Shown here: piece by piece, positions 13,390-25,934 of the stretch | Numbering within the stretch: the stretch's first letter is position 1 | How the letters are laid out: each line of letters begins with the position of its first letter | NCBI GenBank assembly: GCA_004431415.1 | Contig: QPMI01000195.1 | Location: 62,001 to 126,000, forward strand | Direction: 5' to 3' | DNA from: Cyanophora paradoxa CCMP329 | Lineage: Eukaryota; Plantae; Glaucophyta | Length of the DNA stretch: 64,000 nucleotides | Translations under genes and position numbers: made by a program | Notes under the pieces: model-generated | Database searches by the model: none | What the model saw: only the letters and a program-made list of their open reading frames with translations | Told to the model about the DNA's origin: nothing

Positions 13390-16300
13390 ATGAGTGGCGG
13401 TGAGCATGCTGGACGCTCCGGGCACCGCGGCAGCCGCTGCAAGTGCCTTATAGGGTGGCTTGCCGCTTGCCGTGAGACTCCGCTGACCATCGCGTTCCCG
13501 CAGCCCCGGAAGCCGGGGACGCCGCGGCGGTGGGCGGGGACATATCTGATATCAGCAACAGCCCCGCCTACACGTTCCTAGATGACCTGCAACAGGCTGG
13601 AAAGCTCACGCCCGCGCAGTGCGCCGCATTGCGCGGTCCTCGCCCTCCGCCCGCGAGCCTGGCCGACCGCCCGCGTCGCAGAGTCGAGCTATACAAGAGC
13701 AAGTATGCTAAGCTGTACGAGGTCGTGCTGGCAACGTACGAGAACGAGAAGAACCTGCTGAAGAAGGCGAAGGCGCTGAACCAGGAGCTCCTCGCCGAGC
13801 GCGTGAAGCTGGAGAAGGCGGGAGTGCGCTCTGCGGAGGATGGCGCTTCGATCGTGAAGCTACGCGGCGAGCTGGCCAAGGCGCGCCCGACGCCCCGCCC
13901 CGCCCCGCCCCGCCGCGCGTGCGCCCCGCGCGGCTGAGCGGCTGGGCGGCGTGGCGCGCAGGCGGAGGGCGAGCTGGCGATCTGCGAGGAGCGGGAGCAG
14001 ATGCTCAGGTTAGAGCAGCAGGAGCTGAACAGGCTGAAGACGGAGGCGGAGGGCGACCTCGCGGCGAAGCGCAAGGCGTACGCCGAGATGCTCGAGCCGC
14101 AGATCAACGCCATCAACGCGCAGATCGACGAAGTGAAGGTGCGGCGGCGCCGCGCCGCCTCGGAGCCGCCCGCCGTCGCCGCCGCCGCTGAGCGCCGTCC
14201 GGGAGCAGAAGGACACGGAGAAGCTGCGGCAGGCGGGGGTCAAGCTGGGGAAGGAGCAGCAGGAGGCGAACCAGCGGATCGAGCAGCTGGGGCAGCACAA
14301 GGCGCAGCTCGCGGAGGAGCGGGCGGAGTCCCTCGACCTCCTCACCAAGCTCCGCACCGAGCCCGAGAAGATCAAGTGCGGCGGCTCGGCCGCTCCCGCC
14401 CCTCCCTTCCCTTCCCTTCCCCCTTGCCAACGCCGCGGCGCGGCGCGGCTCGTAGGAAGCAGGCGGACGTCGTCGCCACGGCGTACCAGAACCTCCAGAT
14501 CGAGGCCAACAAGGCTCGCCCGCCCGCCCTCCGGCCTTCCCGCCCTCCAGCCCTCCAGCCCGCCCGCTCGCCTCTGACGCCCGGAAGCACAGGCGATGAA
14601 CGAGGTGAAGGGGAGCGAGGAGAACATCCTGGCGGGCCTCAAGCGCATCCGCGAGCTCGAGGCTGCCATCGACGACCAGAAGGTGCTCCCCGTCCATCCG
14701 CCTGTCCATCCATCCGCCCCTCCGTCTCTGACAGTTTGGCGTGCGGGGCAACAGAACGTGAACGCCAAGGTGTCGAAGGAGATCTCGAAGAAGTTCGAGG
14801 AGCTCACGGAGATCGAGGCGGCGGTGCAGAAGCGCCAGGAGGACAACAACACCCTCATCGGCGACCGCGTCAAGCAGGTCCGCCGGGGCCGGCGGGCCGC
14901 GCATAGCAATGCACAGCGTAGCATAGCGAAGCAGAGCATAGCGGGCCGTCCAGGCGCCCATGCGCCCCGTCCGCCCCGCCCGACGCTGGGGCGGGGCAGG
15001 ACTTCGACATCCGGTCGCTGCTCTCGGAGGCGAAGCGGGAGACGGAGGCGCTGCTGCGGGCGCACAAGGAGCGGGACAACGCGCTCCGCAAGCTCAAGAA
15101 GGCCGAGGTCGCCCTCGAGGCCGCCAAGGACCAGGCGCGCTGCCGGCTGTCTTCAACTGGCTCTTGGCTTGGATGACGGGGCGGGCGGGCAGGTGCCGGT
15201 GATGGAGCGGACGAAGGCGGACGCGCAGCGGCGGCTGGAGATCACGCGGGCGGACCGCAAGGGGCAGGTCGCCCAGCTCGAGGAACTCAAGCGCGAGGCG
15301 AGCGAGAGCGGGAGCGAGCGCGCCGGCCACAGATGTGCTGCTCGGCGGGAGCTGAGCGGGGCGGGGCCGGGGCGGCAGGTGGACATCTACATCAACAACT
15401 TCCTCAAGCAGGAGAACCTCGAGAAGGACAAGGCCGAGCAGCTCACCAAGGTCCGCAGCGCGCGCCCAGCAGACCCGCCCGACACGGAAGTCTGACCGCG
15501 CGGGCCCCGCCTCGCCCATCCACGCCAGGTCCTCGTGGAGATCCGGGACCTGGAGGCGGAGGTGGCGGCGCTCGCCATCCAGGAGCACGGCCTCAGCCGC
15601 GAGGTCCTGCGCTTCGCTTTCCTCAAGTCCTCGGCTCGATCGCCTTTTGACGGGGGCGGGCGGCGCAGCTGGCGGAGCTCTCGTCGCACCGGGAGATCCG
15701 TGCGCGGGAGGCGGCGCGGGCGACGGCGCGCTACCGCGAGACGAAGGAGGAGATCAAGGTCAAGGAGCTCGTCATCATGGACCTCGGCAAGAAGAACGCG
15801 GAGACCGCCCAGCGCCTCAAGGAGTTCTCCCAGGTGCCCGCCTGCCTGCCTGCCGTGCCCCCTACCCTACCGCAATATCCCGACGCGGCCGCCGCCGCAG
15901 CTGTACGAGATGGTGAAGAACGAGCGGAACAAGTACGTCAATTTGATCCAGGCGGCGGCCCAGGCGCTCGCCGAGATGCGGGAGAAGGTCAAGATCCTCC
16001 AGGTCCGCGAGGGGTAGGGGGGGCTTCACGCGAGGGCGGCGGCAGCCCAGCGAACCGCTCTCTAATCCTTAGCACGAGACGCAACCTTATTGCTTCCACG
16101 TGGATCGCCGCTTACTTCCTTTCCTTTTCCTTCGCAGAACGAGATCGAGATCCTGCGGAACGAGTCGCTGTCGAAGGACAAGGCGCTGGCGAAGGAGCGG
16201 CTGGAGCACCAGAACTCGTTCACGGCGCGGGACGCCCTGCGCGCCGAGTTCAACAAGCACATGTACACGTACAAGCAGAAGCAGGAGCAGGTCGAGCAGC

Positions 16301-17822
16301 AGATCGCCGAGATCGACAAGCTCAACAGGCGAGCGAGCGAGAGCCTGCCGGCCTGCAAGCCGGCTAGCTTCCAGAGCTTGCTTTGCCCTTGCTGACCCGG
16401 CCCGACCGTACGCAGCGTGATCAACGCGGCGGAGAAGGAGATGGTGCGCTTGAAGAAGATGTACGAGATGGGCGTCGAGGACCGCAACTACACGGGTCCG
16501 CGCATTCCTTCCCGCTCGCCCGCCCGCCCGCTCGCGTCGTCCCGCGCTCTGGTCCCGGCCTGACGCTCGGCGGCGGCGGCGGCGGGCAGGAATCCAGCTC
16601 ATCGACCGGAACGACGAGCTCTGCATCCTGTACGAGAAGGCGAACATCCAGGAGGGGATCCTGAAGCGGGGCGAGACGGAGCTGCGGCGGCGCGAGGAGG
16701 AGATCCGCATGCTGCGGCTGGAGGTGGCCGGCCTGCAGCGCAAGATCGCAATCACGCGCAAGCTCCTCCCCAAGATCCCGGAGCTGGAGGAGCAGGTCAT
16801 GGCGTGCCAGCTCCAGCTGCACGAGGCCCGCGAGCAGTCGGAGCTGCTCTCCTACCAGCTCGAGAACGCGGAGAACAAGGCGCGGTGGCGGAAGCTCGGC
16901 GGGCGCGACCCGCAGCCGGAGGAGCTGGCGGCGAAGATACGGCAGCTGGAGGAGCGGCTGAACGACAAGAAGGAGCAGCTGCTCGAGAAGGAGCTCGTCC
17001 TCGAGGAGGTCTCGACGCTGAGCGACCGGCTCCGCCGCGAGGCCGCCGACGGCCGCCTCGACACCCTCGAGCTCGCCAAGAAGGTGCGGGGGGGTACGCG
17101 GTCGTCCGAGCGGCGCGGGGTTTGATCCCGGGGGGTACGTCGTACAGGTGAACGAGTTCCAGGCGAAGATCAAGACGATGACGAAGCGGATGATGGCGAC
17201 GGTCTCGGAGCTCTCCATGCACCAGGTCCGATCCGCGGGTTCGAATCCGGGTCGGGCCGCTTTTCTGAACGGGCGTCGTACCCCCCGCCCCGCCCCGCGC
17301 GCGCAGGCGACTGCGATGAAGCTGCAGCAGGAGAAGCACGACCGGGAGATCTCGGTGGAGGAGGCGCGCTGGCGGCTGGACAACGGGCAGCCGCCGACGG
17401 AGGACGCGGAGCGCGAGTGGTACCGCATGGAGCGCGACCGCATGCTCCGCCGCGAGGCCGCCCTCCGCAAGCAGGAGGAGGCCGCCCTCCTGGGAGCCGC
17501 CGAGGGGTACGCCGCTGTCGGTTATTCTTCAGGGGGGGTACTGGATCGCTCACGCGCGGCGCAGCGACGCGATGGTGCCGACGCACGTCACGCGGACGAC
17601 GGCCGAGCCTCGGCCCAACGCCTACATCCCCGACGAGATCGGTCCGCGCCCCGCGACATCGCGTACCCCTAGGGGAGGGTCCGCCCTGTCCTGACGCGCA
17701 CGCGTACCCCCCGCGCAGGCATCCCGAAGCCGTACGGGTCGCAGGCGCCGTTCAAGCCGTCGGACCTGGCCGCGCAGGGACGCTACTACAGGAAACCGCA
17801 GGCCCGGGAGATCATCATATAG
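13390..17822 (+). CDS. CCDC146: Coiled-coil ciliary protein CCDC146/MBO2-like, about 20 exons
   Basis: Long coiled coil with YEMVKNERNKYVNLIQ, RN.TGIQLIDRNDELCILYEK, LENAENKARWRKLGGRDP, and C-terminal TTAEPRPNAYIP..IPKPYG..APFKPS..RKP; TAG at 17820-17822. Confidence 0.85.
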
Positions 17823-18849
17823 CGCCCGGCCCTTCCCCTCGTCCTCGCTCGGCCCCCCGCCCCTTCGATCATCCGGCCGCCCTCCCGTCCCCCGCACCCC
17901 TTTCTCTCCGTGGCCCCGTCGACTTACCGCCCCCCCCTCCCCACCCCCACCCCCACCCCCCAACTCCCTCGTGCCCGTGTTTTTTCTCGAGTACAAACCC
18001 GCCTTCGGCGCCTCCCTTCCGAACGCACTGACCGCCCGATCCGAATCTCGCGATGTCGATCGGTGCACGTGCTGCAGCTGTGGCCCCGCTAGCGCTGCGC
18101 GTGCTCGGGTGATCCAGGCCGGGGTGATTATGATCATGAGCTAGCTTCGAGAAGCCCGAAGCCCAACGTCCACTGCAACGTCGACCGCGCGAGATCCCCA
18201 TCAAGAGCACGAGAGCGTCGACGTCCGACGGTCCTTCGAATTCGAATCGAATTAAGCCGGCGCCTCGTCTGCAGGAAGAGCGCTAGCAAGCTTAAGGCTA
18301 GATCACCTCGCGATCATTGCTGCGACTTTATTCACTTCCTTCAATCTATGCTGCACGTGGTACTATAGTGCGCTGCAAAACTAGAATCGAAAAACGAAAG
18401 CGAAAGAGCTGCTCGACATCGACTACGATATCGATACTATGATATTAGTGTCGATATCAATGCCGCATTTATTGCATAAATGAATGCAGCGAGGCATCTA
18501 CGGTAAATTACTGCTCATGATTCATAAATACGGGCTTGCGGAAATATTAATGCGCCTGATCATGGGCACATGCATATGCATGCGCAGCAATCATCATGCA
18601 TATGATCAGTACTGAATTGCATTGAAGCCGAGAATCATGATCAGTCCCATGGCCAGAAGACCCTGCGACGACACGTGATCAAATGCATGCGCGAATCAAC
18701 TCCAGAATCTCATTGCAGAGAGCTCACCACGGGTGACTGCGCATGCAGCGAGGGAGCAGCGTTCGCGATCGGCCAGTAGGGGACGTTGGTCGCTGAGGTG
18801 CTTGGCGTCCAGCGGAAGGCCTGCCATACATATAGGTGTTAGCTATGGT

Positions 18850-19245
18850 GGCATGAAATCGAAATTTCGAAGAACGGGATGGGTGGAGAACTCGCGTTTG
18901 CAAAGACGATAGGAGCGAACGGGGTCTGGCCGGGGGCCGCTTCAATCTCGAGGTTGTACTGCGTTGCGATTGGGTCGGATGACTTCAATTTCCAAGACCC
19001 AGGCCGAAAATAATCGAACCGCGGTGTTAGTGGAAAACAGCAGGTGGCGGCGTGCCAACTTGGGGGCCTCTGCAACGAGACCGTCGTAAGGAGTTTCTGG
19101 ATTGCGCGAACCGATTAAATGTACACTTTCATTAGAACGCACTGAATCTCAGAACCAAGCCTGAGTCGCCTTCGGTGACGCTAACATCCGTCGCTTGAAG
19201 CCTGTTGCCGGCATTGTCGGAGATGAAGACGACGACTTGCCGGCG
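18850..19245 (-). pseudogene. Fragment of a surface-protein gene paralogous to the one at 62.2-64 kb
   Basis: Shared peptides: VFISDNAGN..QA.DVSV.E vs VFITDNAGN..QASDVSVSE; RRHLLFSTNT.VR vs RRRLLFSTNT.VR; IEAAPGQTPFAPIVFAN vs IETGPGEIPFIPVVFAN. Confidence 0.45.
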
Positions 19246-22199
19246 GTCCGCCTATTGATATCGAGCTCGAGTCAATTGCAGGTCGATATCATCGCGCGCG
19301 GACTCTTCAATCAATCTCAAGCTGGAATTTAGAAGCTCTCTAACCGGAAGCAAAGTGCCGATAGAGAGTGTGACGAAGTCGGATGATCCACCCTGCCAAC
19401 GTTTAACGTCAATGGTAAACGTTTAACGTCAATGGAATGAGAGAAAAGTTGGTTTTCCCCTCGAAAACCACTTTTCGCGAGTTCGAGAAAGCTCTCGCGA
19501 GCTCGAGTTTGACGCTCGAAAGTCGAAGGCTGACCGGTCCACCGAGCCAATCGGAACGCGAATAAGCCTCATTTTTGTTGCATACTGGACCTCGCAAACG
19601 GCCTCATAGAAAATTTTGGCTGAAGCGAGGGAACGTTAACGGGAAGCAACTTGCAAGCTGGGAGAAGCCCTTCGGTCTTCATCCCTTCTTGCAATAATAT
19701 AACGTGCCTCTGGATCCGGATAAAACTCTGGTCGCTTCATCGATATCGTGATTGCAACCGGCCCCGCAGGCTCTGCTGGGGGTGGCCGGCCCCGGCCCCG
19801 GCCCCGGCCCCCCGAGCTCGATCGACCACGCGGCGGCCGCGGCGCGGGTCGCCGCCATGCAGTTCGCGCACCTCAGGTCTGCCCTGAGCCTCAAACCTGC
19901 AGGTCTGGCCATGGCCACGAACGCCCGCTGCCCATGCGCATGCGCAGGCGGCGCTGGACGAGGGGCGGAGGCCCGAGGGCAGGGCGGCCGCCCTCGCAGC
20001 CCTCCGGGTGCGCATGCTGCAGCTGGCGCTGGCGCTAGGGCTCCCACCCTGGCGCTGAAGTTCCGAAGTTCGCGAATTCGAATCACTGCGAAGTGTGGCG
20101 CCCTGCTAGCTAGCGCTTAACTAGGCCTACTAGCCTATAGCTAGTACTACGGTGGCGATGCTGGTCGTTAGCATTCATAAGCATTAAATTAAAAGTAAAC
20201 CATAGAAAGTCTAGATCTCCTGATTTAACTCTCCCTGAGCCTGCCGGCGCCGCGGCGCCGCCGGCGCCGCTAGGATTCAGCGCTCTGGGGTCTAACCTCG
20301 TCTTGACTTGGGCGCGCCGGCGCCGGCGCCGGCACACAGGCGCGTGCAGAGGGGCGGGCGCGGGAGGCGCTGCCGGACTTTACGTATACTGCGCTGGAGC
20401 CCGGCGGCCCGAAGCTAAGCTCCCGCCCTATCGGCCTGTTGACGTCGACGTCCCGGCGAGAGAAGAATAGTGCTTAATCAGCCATATGCATCCATGTGTT
20501 TGCGCTTAATCAGCCAATTGCAACAATGTATTTGTAGATCTACGTACGTAGACGAACTCGAAGGGTATGCCGGCGAGCCTCCTGGCCTTTCTATTCTCAA
20601 GTGGCAAGCTTCAAACTGCGATGCATATGCATGTCTATAGCTATGGGGCACTGGAGACCGCGGGTCGCGTGTCGAATCGATCGCATCGTCTACGTGCATA
20701 CATAATTGTCAGATTGCGGGCGCATTCGAATTCCAAGATAGCGCTTGTATTCGTCCAAACATATATTTATCAGTCTTCAATGGCAAGCATCGGTGAATAT
20801 AATCGGAGGCACGATCGCTTCGTCGGAAGGGGATCCCGGAAATGAAATGTAGTCATCGAGTTTCCTGACCAAATATGTTAATGGTTGTGGTGCGGTGAAG
20901 ACAGCGTCACGGCGTGATTATGATTAGAGCAGGCTTAAGCAAAGTTCCGCACTATAATTCATGCCAGAGCTGCTGAGCGGATGCACATGCCGACGTCGAC
21001 GCGGAGCAATCGTGCTAAAGGTCTTTTGGAGCCGTCGAGGGCTCATGATCAACGACGGCTGATCATGAGTCTTGGACCGCGGCCGACGAAGCTGTCACGG
21101 CCTGGCAGCTTCATGTGTGACACTGATGGCCCCGTGTCCGTGTCTCGTGGTCGCACAGGACGTTCTTTCACCGGATTGAATCCTTGTACCGATCGATCGC
21201 GATGATATATATCTTCGGAACGGGCCGGGGTTCGATTAGAAGACGTGAACTTGTGGATTGTCTGCAAGCCTGCCGTGCAATTAATGCAAGGGACATCACA
21301 AGACGTGCTATAGCTATCAGCGTGCGTGCGTGAACTATTAATAACATTCGAAAATGTGTATCTCGCGATCGCGCTTCCAGTGAACGCACCTAGATCTTCG
21401 AATTCGATGAAGCCCGACGGTCCTGGAAGCCGCGGAAGAGCTCGAATCCGGATGCGGAGCGCCGATCGCACTGTGGCATGTACCAGCTGCAGTGTAACGT
21501 CGAGCTCGAGCTCGAGCTGCCCCGGCGAGGCTCAGTGGAAGCTGCTTCTCGCAGGCGCGTTAACGTTGCCGCGGTTAAACGTTCGTCGGAAAGTCGACCG
21601 TCAAGGTCTCGATCTCCTTCGTCGTCCGATTCCCGATCGGGACTCGCAAATCCGCATGCGCAAGCCGAGAGGCAGCTGCAGACTGGGAGGTGAGGGGCTG
21701 CAGCTCGTTCCCGATCCGGATCCGTCGGAGGCAAGACGGCAGTCGAGGCCGAAGAAGTGGAGGCGCGGTCTGAAAGGGCAGCCATGAGCCCGTACCGGAA
21801 GCCCATGCCGAAGGGGATCAAGCTAGCGCCGCGTAGGCTGGCGCCGGCGCTGAAATCGAGGCGCGTGCCGGCAGCGCCGTTGTGAGGCTCGCGACCGGTG
21901 TCAGTGGCCTGGCCATGGGGCGGCGCGAGATCCAGAGCGGCTGAGGACGCGACGGCTTCCTGCAGCTGCTGCTGAAGGAATGCGGCAATTCCGCGGTCCT
22001 CTAGATCTGCCGACGTTGTCATCGAGACCAGAGTCGCGATCGATATGGTGGTCGACGACGGAACTGTAACGAGCTCGAGGGGGTCGGCCTCGCGATTGCC
22101 GTCGCGGCACAGCTGAGACGATTTCGATTAATTCGGATGCATTCAGGATTCGGAGCTGCTGCAGCGGGCTGCAGCAGCGAACTTATATAATTAGTAACT

Positions 22200-24180
22200 G
22201 CAGCAGCACCCAGGGCCTCCCAGAGTCTTAAGCTTATAGCAGCAGCTGCAGCAGCACCCAAGGCCAACGTTGCAATTGATTATATAAAGTGCTCTATATG
22301 TGCGTACGCGTACAATCGCCGTATGCATATGCAACTTTGGCAATCGCAGAGCCACGGTGACTCGAGTCTCGAGCGCTAGCCTGTCGACGTCGACGTACGC
22401 GTCGTCTCGAAGCTTCGAGATCACGTGTTGTTGATCATCGGTTAATTCGTTACGCCAACGAAGATCGATTCGCGGCTGCGCATGCGCATTCAGGCTGTTT
22501 TTGGATCATGATATTGGTAGTCGTATACGTACCAGCTGCAGCATGCAGGCTGCAGCAGACTAGTACTGCAGCGGCGGAGGGGCTGACCCGTCGATGGCAA
22601 AGTCGCGGGGCTAACGAAAATATGATGCTGTCGTCGGCCTGATTTTCAGGATTTGTCGACATTAAGTCTCAACGAAAATTCCTACGTTTACAGAGTGCAA
22701 TGCTATCATTGCTAATAATTATAATTTGCCATGCATGCCGGGCCATTGCCGGTCGCAATCGCGACCGGCTCTAGCTATGGTCCGGCATGCGTCGAATCGG
22801 CCGCGACCGCGGCCGACGTCGACCCTCGTGCACGTCACTGAGTCACAGCAACACGTGCACTTTTCAAGTTCCCGAAGAGTTCCGAGTCCGACGGTCTTTT
22901 GACTCCCGAGTCCCGAGGCTCCCGACTCCCGAGCTAGTTACTTTCTGACGATTCGAGTCTCTGACTCGGCGGATCATGGGTGGGAAAACTGACAATTCGC
23001 GATCGCGAATCATCGAGTGCGATCATCCGGTCCGCGGCGGATGATCATGAGTCGACGTCATGACTCAGTGAGCTTCGTTAATCGAATCACCGTGGCACGC
23101 CGCACGAGTCACTGAGTCATGATCATCGGATCGGCACCAGTACGTACACTGATTGCCACTGATTCAATCTGATTGGCAAGTTAAGAAGACATGATTAGCA
23201 GTCTACACTGAGTGTCACTGACTTTACAGTGCCAGTGTCTGTCAGTGGCACGACTCAGAGCTGTAAGCCTGTACTGGACCTACTGGTAACTACCGGTACG
23301 GTACCTCACCAATCAAACTGACGGCCGGCGCCGGCGCCGCCGGCTAGCGCTTAATATAAACCGTTGAACTTCAAAGGCTTTAAAATTAAAATCCGATCGT
23401 TGATCATGCATATGAGCGGCATAATGAGCCCCGGCCGCGGGCAGGGGCCGCAGCCAGCTAGGCCCGCAGCCTGGCCGCAGGGCCGGGCCCGGCCCGGGCT
23501 GGCCGGCCCCGCCGGCGCCGGCGCCCCCGACGGCCCGGCGTCGCCGAGTCGGGCGGCTCGGGCCGGCGACTGGGCTCGGCCGCTCGGGGCCCCAATCTGC
23601 AATGATTCGATTTGCGCACGTGCACAATGCACTGTGGTGACTGCAGCTGTCTGCGGGCCAGACTGCGGCCCCCAGTCTGCGCCGACTCTGCGGGCACACC
23701 GGGGCACTGCGGAGTCAGTGCGGACTCTGCGGTCCGACTCATGATCAGTAACTGCGGTCCTGTCTGCGGAGTGCATCGAATCTATTGATATCGATATCGC
23801 TGTGCAGTGTGCATAGGCTCCGGGCTGCATAGCAGTGATGGCCGCCGGGCACATGCATATTGGCACTGCATTCATGTGGTCACCGGGTAGTGCATGCAAA
23901 CTCAAGTCGTCGCCGCCGACTCGCCGGCGAGTCGACCCGATGATCATTGGATGATCATGACAGCATGGACAAGTCGTACGGTCTCGTACGGGAGTCGTAC
24001 CGACGGTATTGGTAACCGACAACTTCGAATTCCCGGGTCCGAAGTTCGCACACCAGAATCCGTGACCAGATACTAGTACGTCCAGCTTTCCAGTATTGGG
24101 CGATGGGGCCTTTGCTAAGTTACTTTTGAATGTGAAGTTTGCCGGCGCCGCCGGCGCGGACTAAAAAAGTCAAAAACGAA
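22200..24180. repeat. Host dispersed repeat (left part) that was the PLV target; continues at 52576-52636
   Basis: 22811-23119 matches 58462-58756; 23119-24180 matches 60675-61675; 22200-22600 is a diverged match to ~57375-57720. Confidence 0.85.
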
Positions 24181-24697
24181 AAAAAATGAGAGAGAGCCCA
24201 CCACGGTGGCCCACCCCTCTCCGCCACCCCCATCCCCTCACCCCCTCGCTTGCTGCACCAGCCCTAGCGTCCACCCCACTCTCCCTTCAACCCCGCTCTC
24301 TCGTTACGTCTACCCCGCTCTCTTGTTACGTCTGCCGGCCTTTTCCCTAGGTCAAAGCCTAGCAATAGCTCATGTCTATTCAAGACAGTGCTATCAAGTA
24401 GAAGAGACGAAGAGGAGCGCGGCCCCCCTTGAGCGCGGTCTGCAGAGCAACGGGGCAGAATAGGCTAGACGATATTAATGTGTACAGAGAAGCTAACTGA
24501 GGAAACGCGTTCAGCGCTAGCTAGGCGATAATGATGTGTACAGCGAAGCTAACTGAGGAAACGGGTTCAGCACTAGCTGGGTGTGTTTACAGTCAGGAGC
24601 GAACGTGAAAGGCACAGCGCGGGCGAGCTCTATCTAGGCGCTATCAGGGGCGACCTCCCAAGCGGTACGGGCCCCCAGAGCGGTCTGGTGCGGCCTC
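24181..24697 (+). repeat. Left terminal inverted repeat (517 bp)
   Basis: Starts AAAAAATGAGAGAGAGCCCACC and ends ...GGTGCGGCCTC. Reverse complement of 52059-52575, with about 3 mismatches seen near position 23-26. Contains internal short direct repeats. Confidence 0.95.
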
Positions 24698-25040
24698 ATT
24701 CCACTTGATCTGGTTGCTTTTCCGAAACTGGAGTCTTCTCCTTTCTGAAACTTGATAGCAGGGACTTCTTTCTTTTCAGGGGCTTTGGGATATTTGGGGG
24801 TGGCCAAGACGATCTTCGGTTATCAGAATCAAGCCATGGTACAGGTGAGTCGGATCGTGTAAAAGGAGAATTGGACCTTGAAGTCCCGGGTGTGTTATTA
24901 GGCGATAGCTGAGTATCAGGGGTGCGCGACCCCTCAGTGTCAGATATTTCGAGGTTAATAGTTGTCTCGCAGCAGCTGCATTTCAATTTGCTGGTGACGT
25001 TGAGATGGAACATCTCCATGCATTTACGGAGCAAATCCAT
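24696..25040 (-). CDS. PLV hypothetical protein (Ser/Pro-rich, basic C-terminus)
   Basis: ATG ORF of 114 aa with TATATA just upstream; stop overlaps the TIR edge. Confidence 0.55.
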   Translation of the reverse strand: MDLLRKCMEMFHLNVTSKLKCSCCETTINLEISDTEGSRTPDTQLSPNNTPGTSRSNSPFTRSDSPVPWLDSDNRRSSWPPPNIPKPLKRKKSLLSSFRKEKTPVSEKQPDQVE

Positions 25041-25071
25041 CTAGTATGGGCTATATATAAAAACAAAGATT

Positions 25072-25905
25072 CTATGGGTTGGGATCAGCCCCTCCAATCG
25101 GGAAATAACGATTTGAATTGAAGGTCTCCCCGTACTTGACACCATTTGCAATCACATCTGTTCTTTCGGCAAATAGAATGATTTTGTAGGCGCCCATAAG
25201 CGTAGCCCTCACAATAAACTGGTAATCTTCAACCCCCACTGGAGTAGAATGGAAAGCGACACCAAAATTGTCAATAGGATTAATTAAAACAGCTATGTTT
25301 GGCCGGAGAGCATCATTTCTCCTACAAAGGAAGTAGATATCCGGGGGAATATCAACAACACTCTTGAAATGGTTTCCGAGTGGCTGAACGTTATCTACGA
25401 TTGATGTTTGCTCATTTATGTTTAGCGTGAAAAGTTTAATAATGTAAGGCGAATTCATAGAAGGCACATAGGTTCGAATTCTCTCATTCATATTCTCAGG
25501 GTTTGGTTGATCATTAACAAATATAGGGGCACAAGCAGCTCCGCCCACTCTCAGGCCATCTCCAATATAAGCACCTCCAAATCTGCAGGTCACAGCTCCT
25601 ATTCTTGATTCGTAGGTAAAAGTATTGACCTTATTAGCATCGTCATAGCTATCAGGATCCCCATAATTTGAATTAAAGTTTGCATTGGTTACAAGGAGAC
25701 TTGTTGTTTTTATTGTCCCATTATTTTTGTCGCATCGAACCTCGCCTAAACGTAATATGTGATTCTCCCGGAAGGTGTTTAGAGTTGGCTGCTGCTCTGT
25801 GGACTCTAGGCCGGGCACATCATCTGAAACTGCATGCTGCAGGACGTGGTTGGCTGGAGCGGCGAGGGTCAACGATGGAACTACTATTCTTTCAACAGCT
25901 TCCAT
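25072..25905 (-). CDS. Fibre-family paralogue 1 (shared N-terminal anchor plus phage/NCLDV fibre C-terminal module)
   Basis: Anchor motif LAAP..H..QH.VSD..PGLESTE...LR..EVRCDKNNG.IKTT.LLVTN, then GGAYIGDG.RV.G; C-terminus ..IPPDIYFL...GAYKIILFAERTD. Confidence 0.65.
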   Translation of the reverse strand: MEAVERIVVPSLTLAAPANHVLQHAVSDDVPGLESTEQQPTLNTFRENHILRLGEVRCDKNNGTIKTTSLLVTNANFNSNYGDPDSYDDANKVNTFTYESRIGAVTCRFGGAYIGDGLRVGGAACAPIFVNDQPNPENMNERIRTYVPSMNSPYIIKLFTLNINEQTSIVDNVQPLGNHFKSVVDIPPDIYFLCRRNDALRPNIAVLINPIDNFGVAFHSTPVGVEDYQFIVRATLMGAYKIILFAERTDVIANGVKYGETFNSNRYFPIGGADPNP

Positions 25906-25934
25906 TTTAGAAAACAGGAGATAAAACTTTCCAC

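Noticed and set aside
1-18200. Dozens of long overlapping Arg/Pro/Ala-rich ORFs
   Set aside because: Shadow frames of very GC-rich spliced genes, with no independent motifs.
24206-24463. 85-aa ORF and its mirror at 52293-52649
   Set aside because: Lie in or straddle the TIRs, are low complexity, and are duplicated only because of the repeat.
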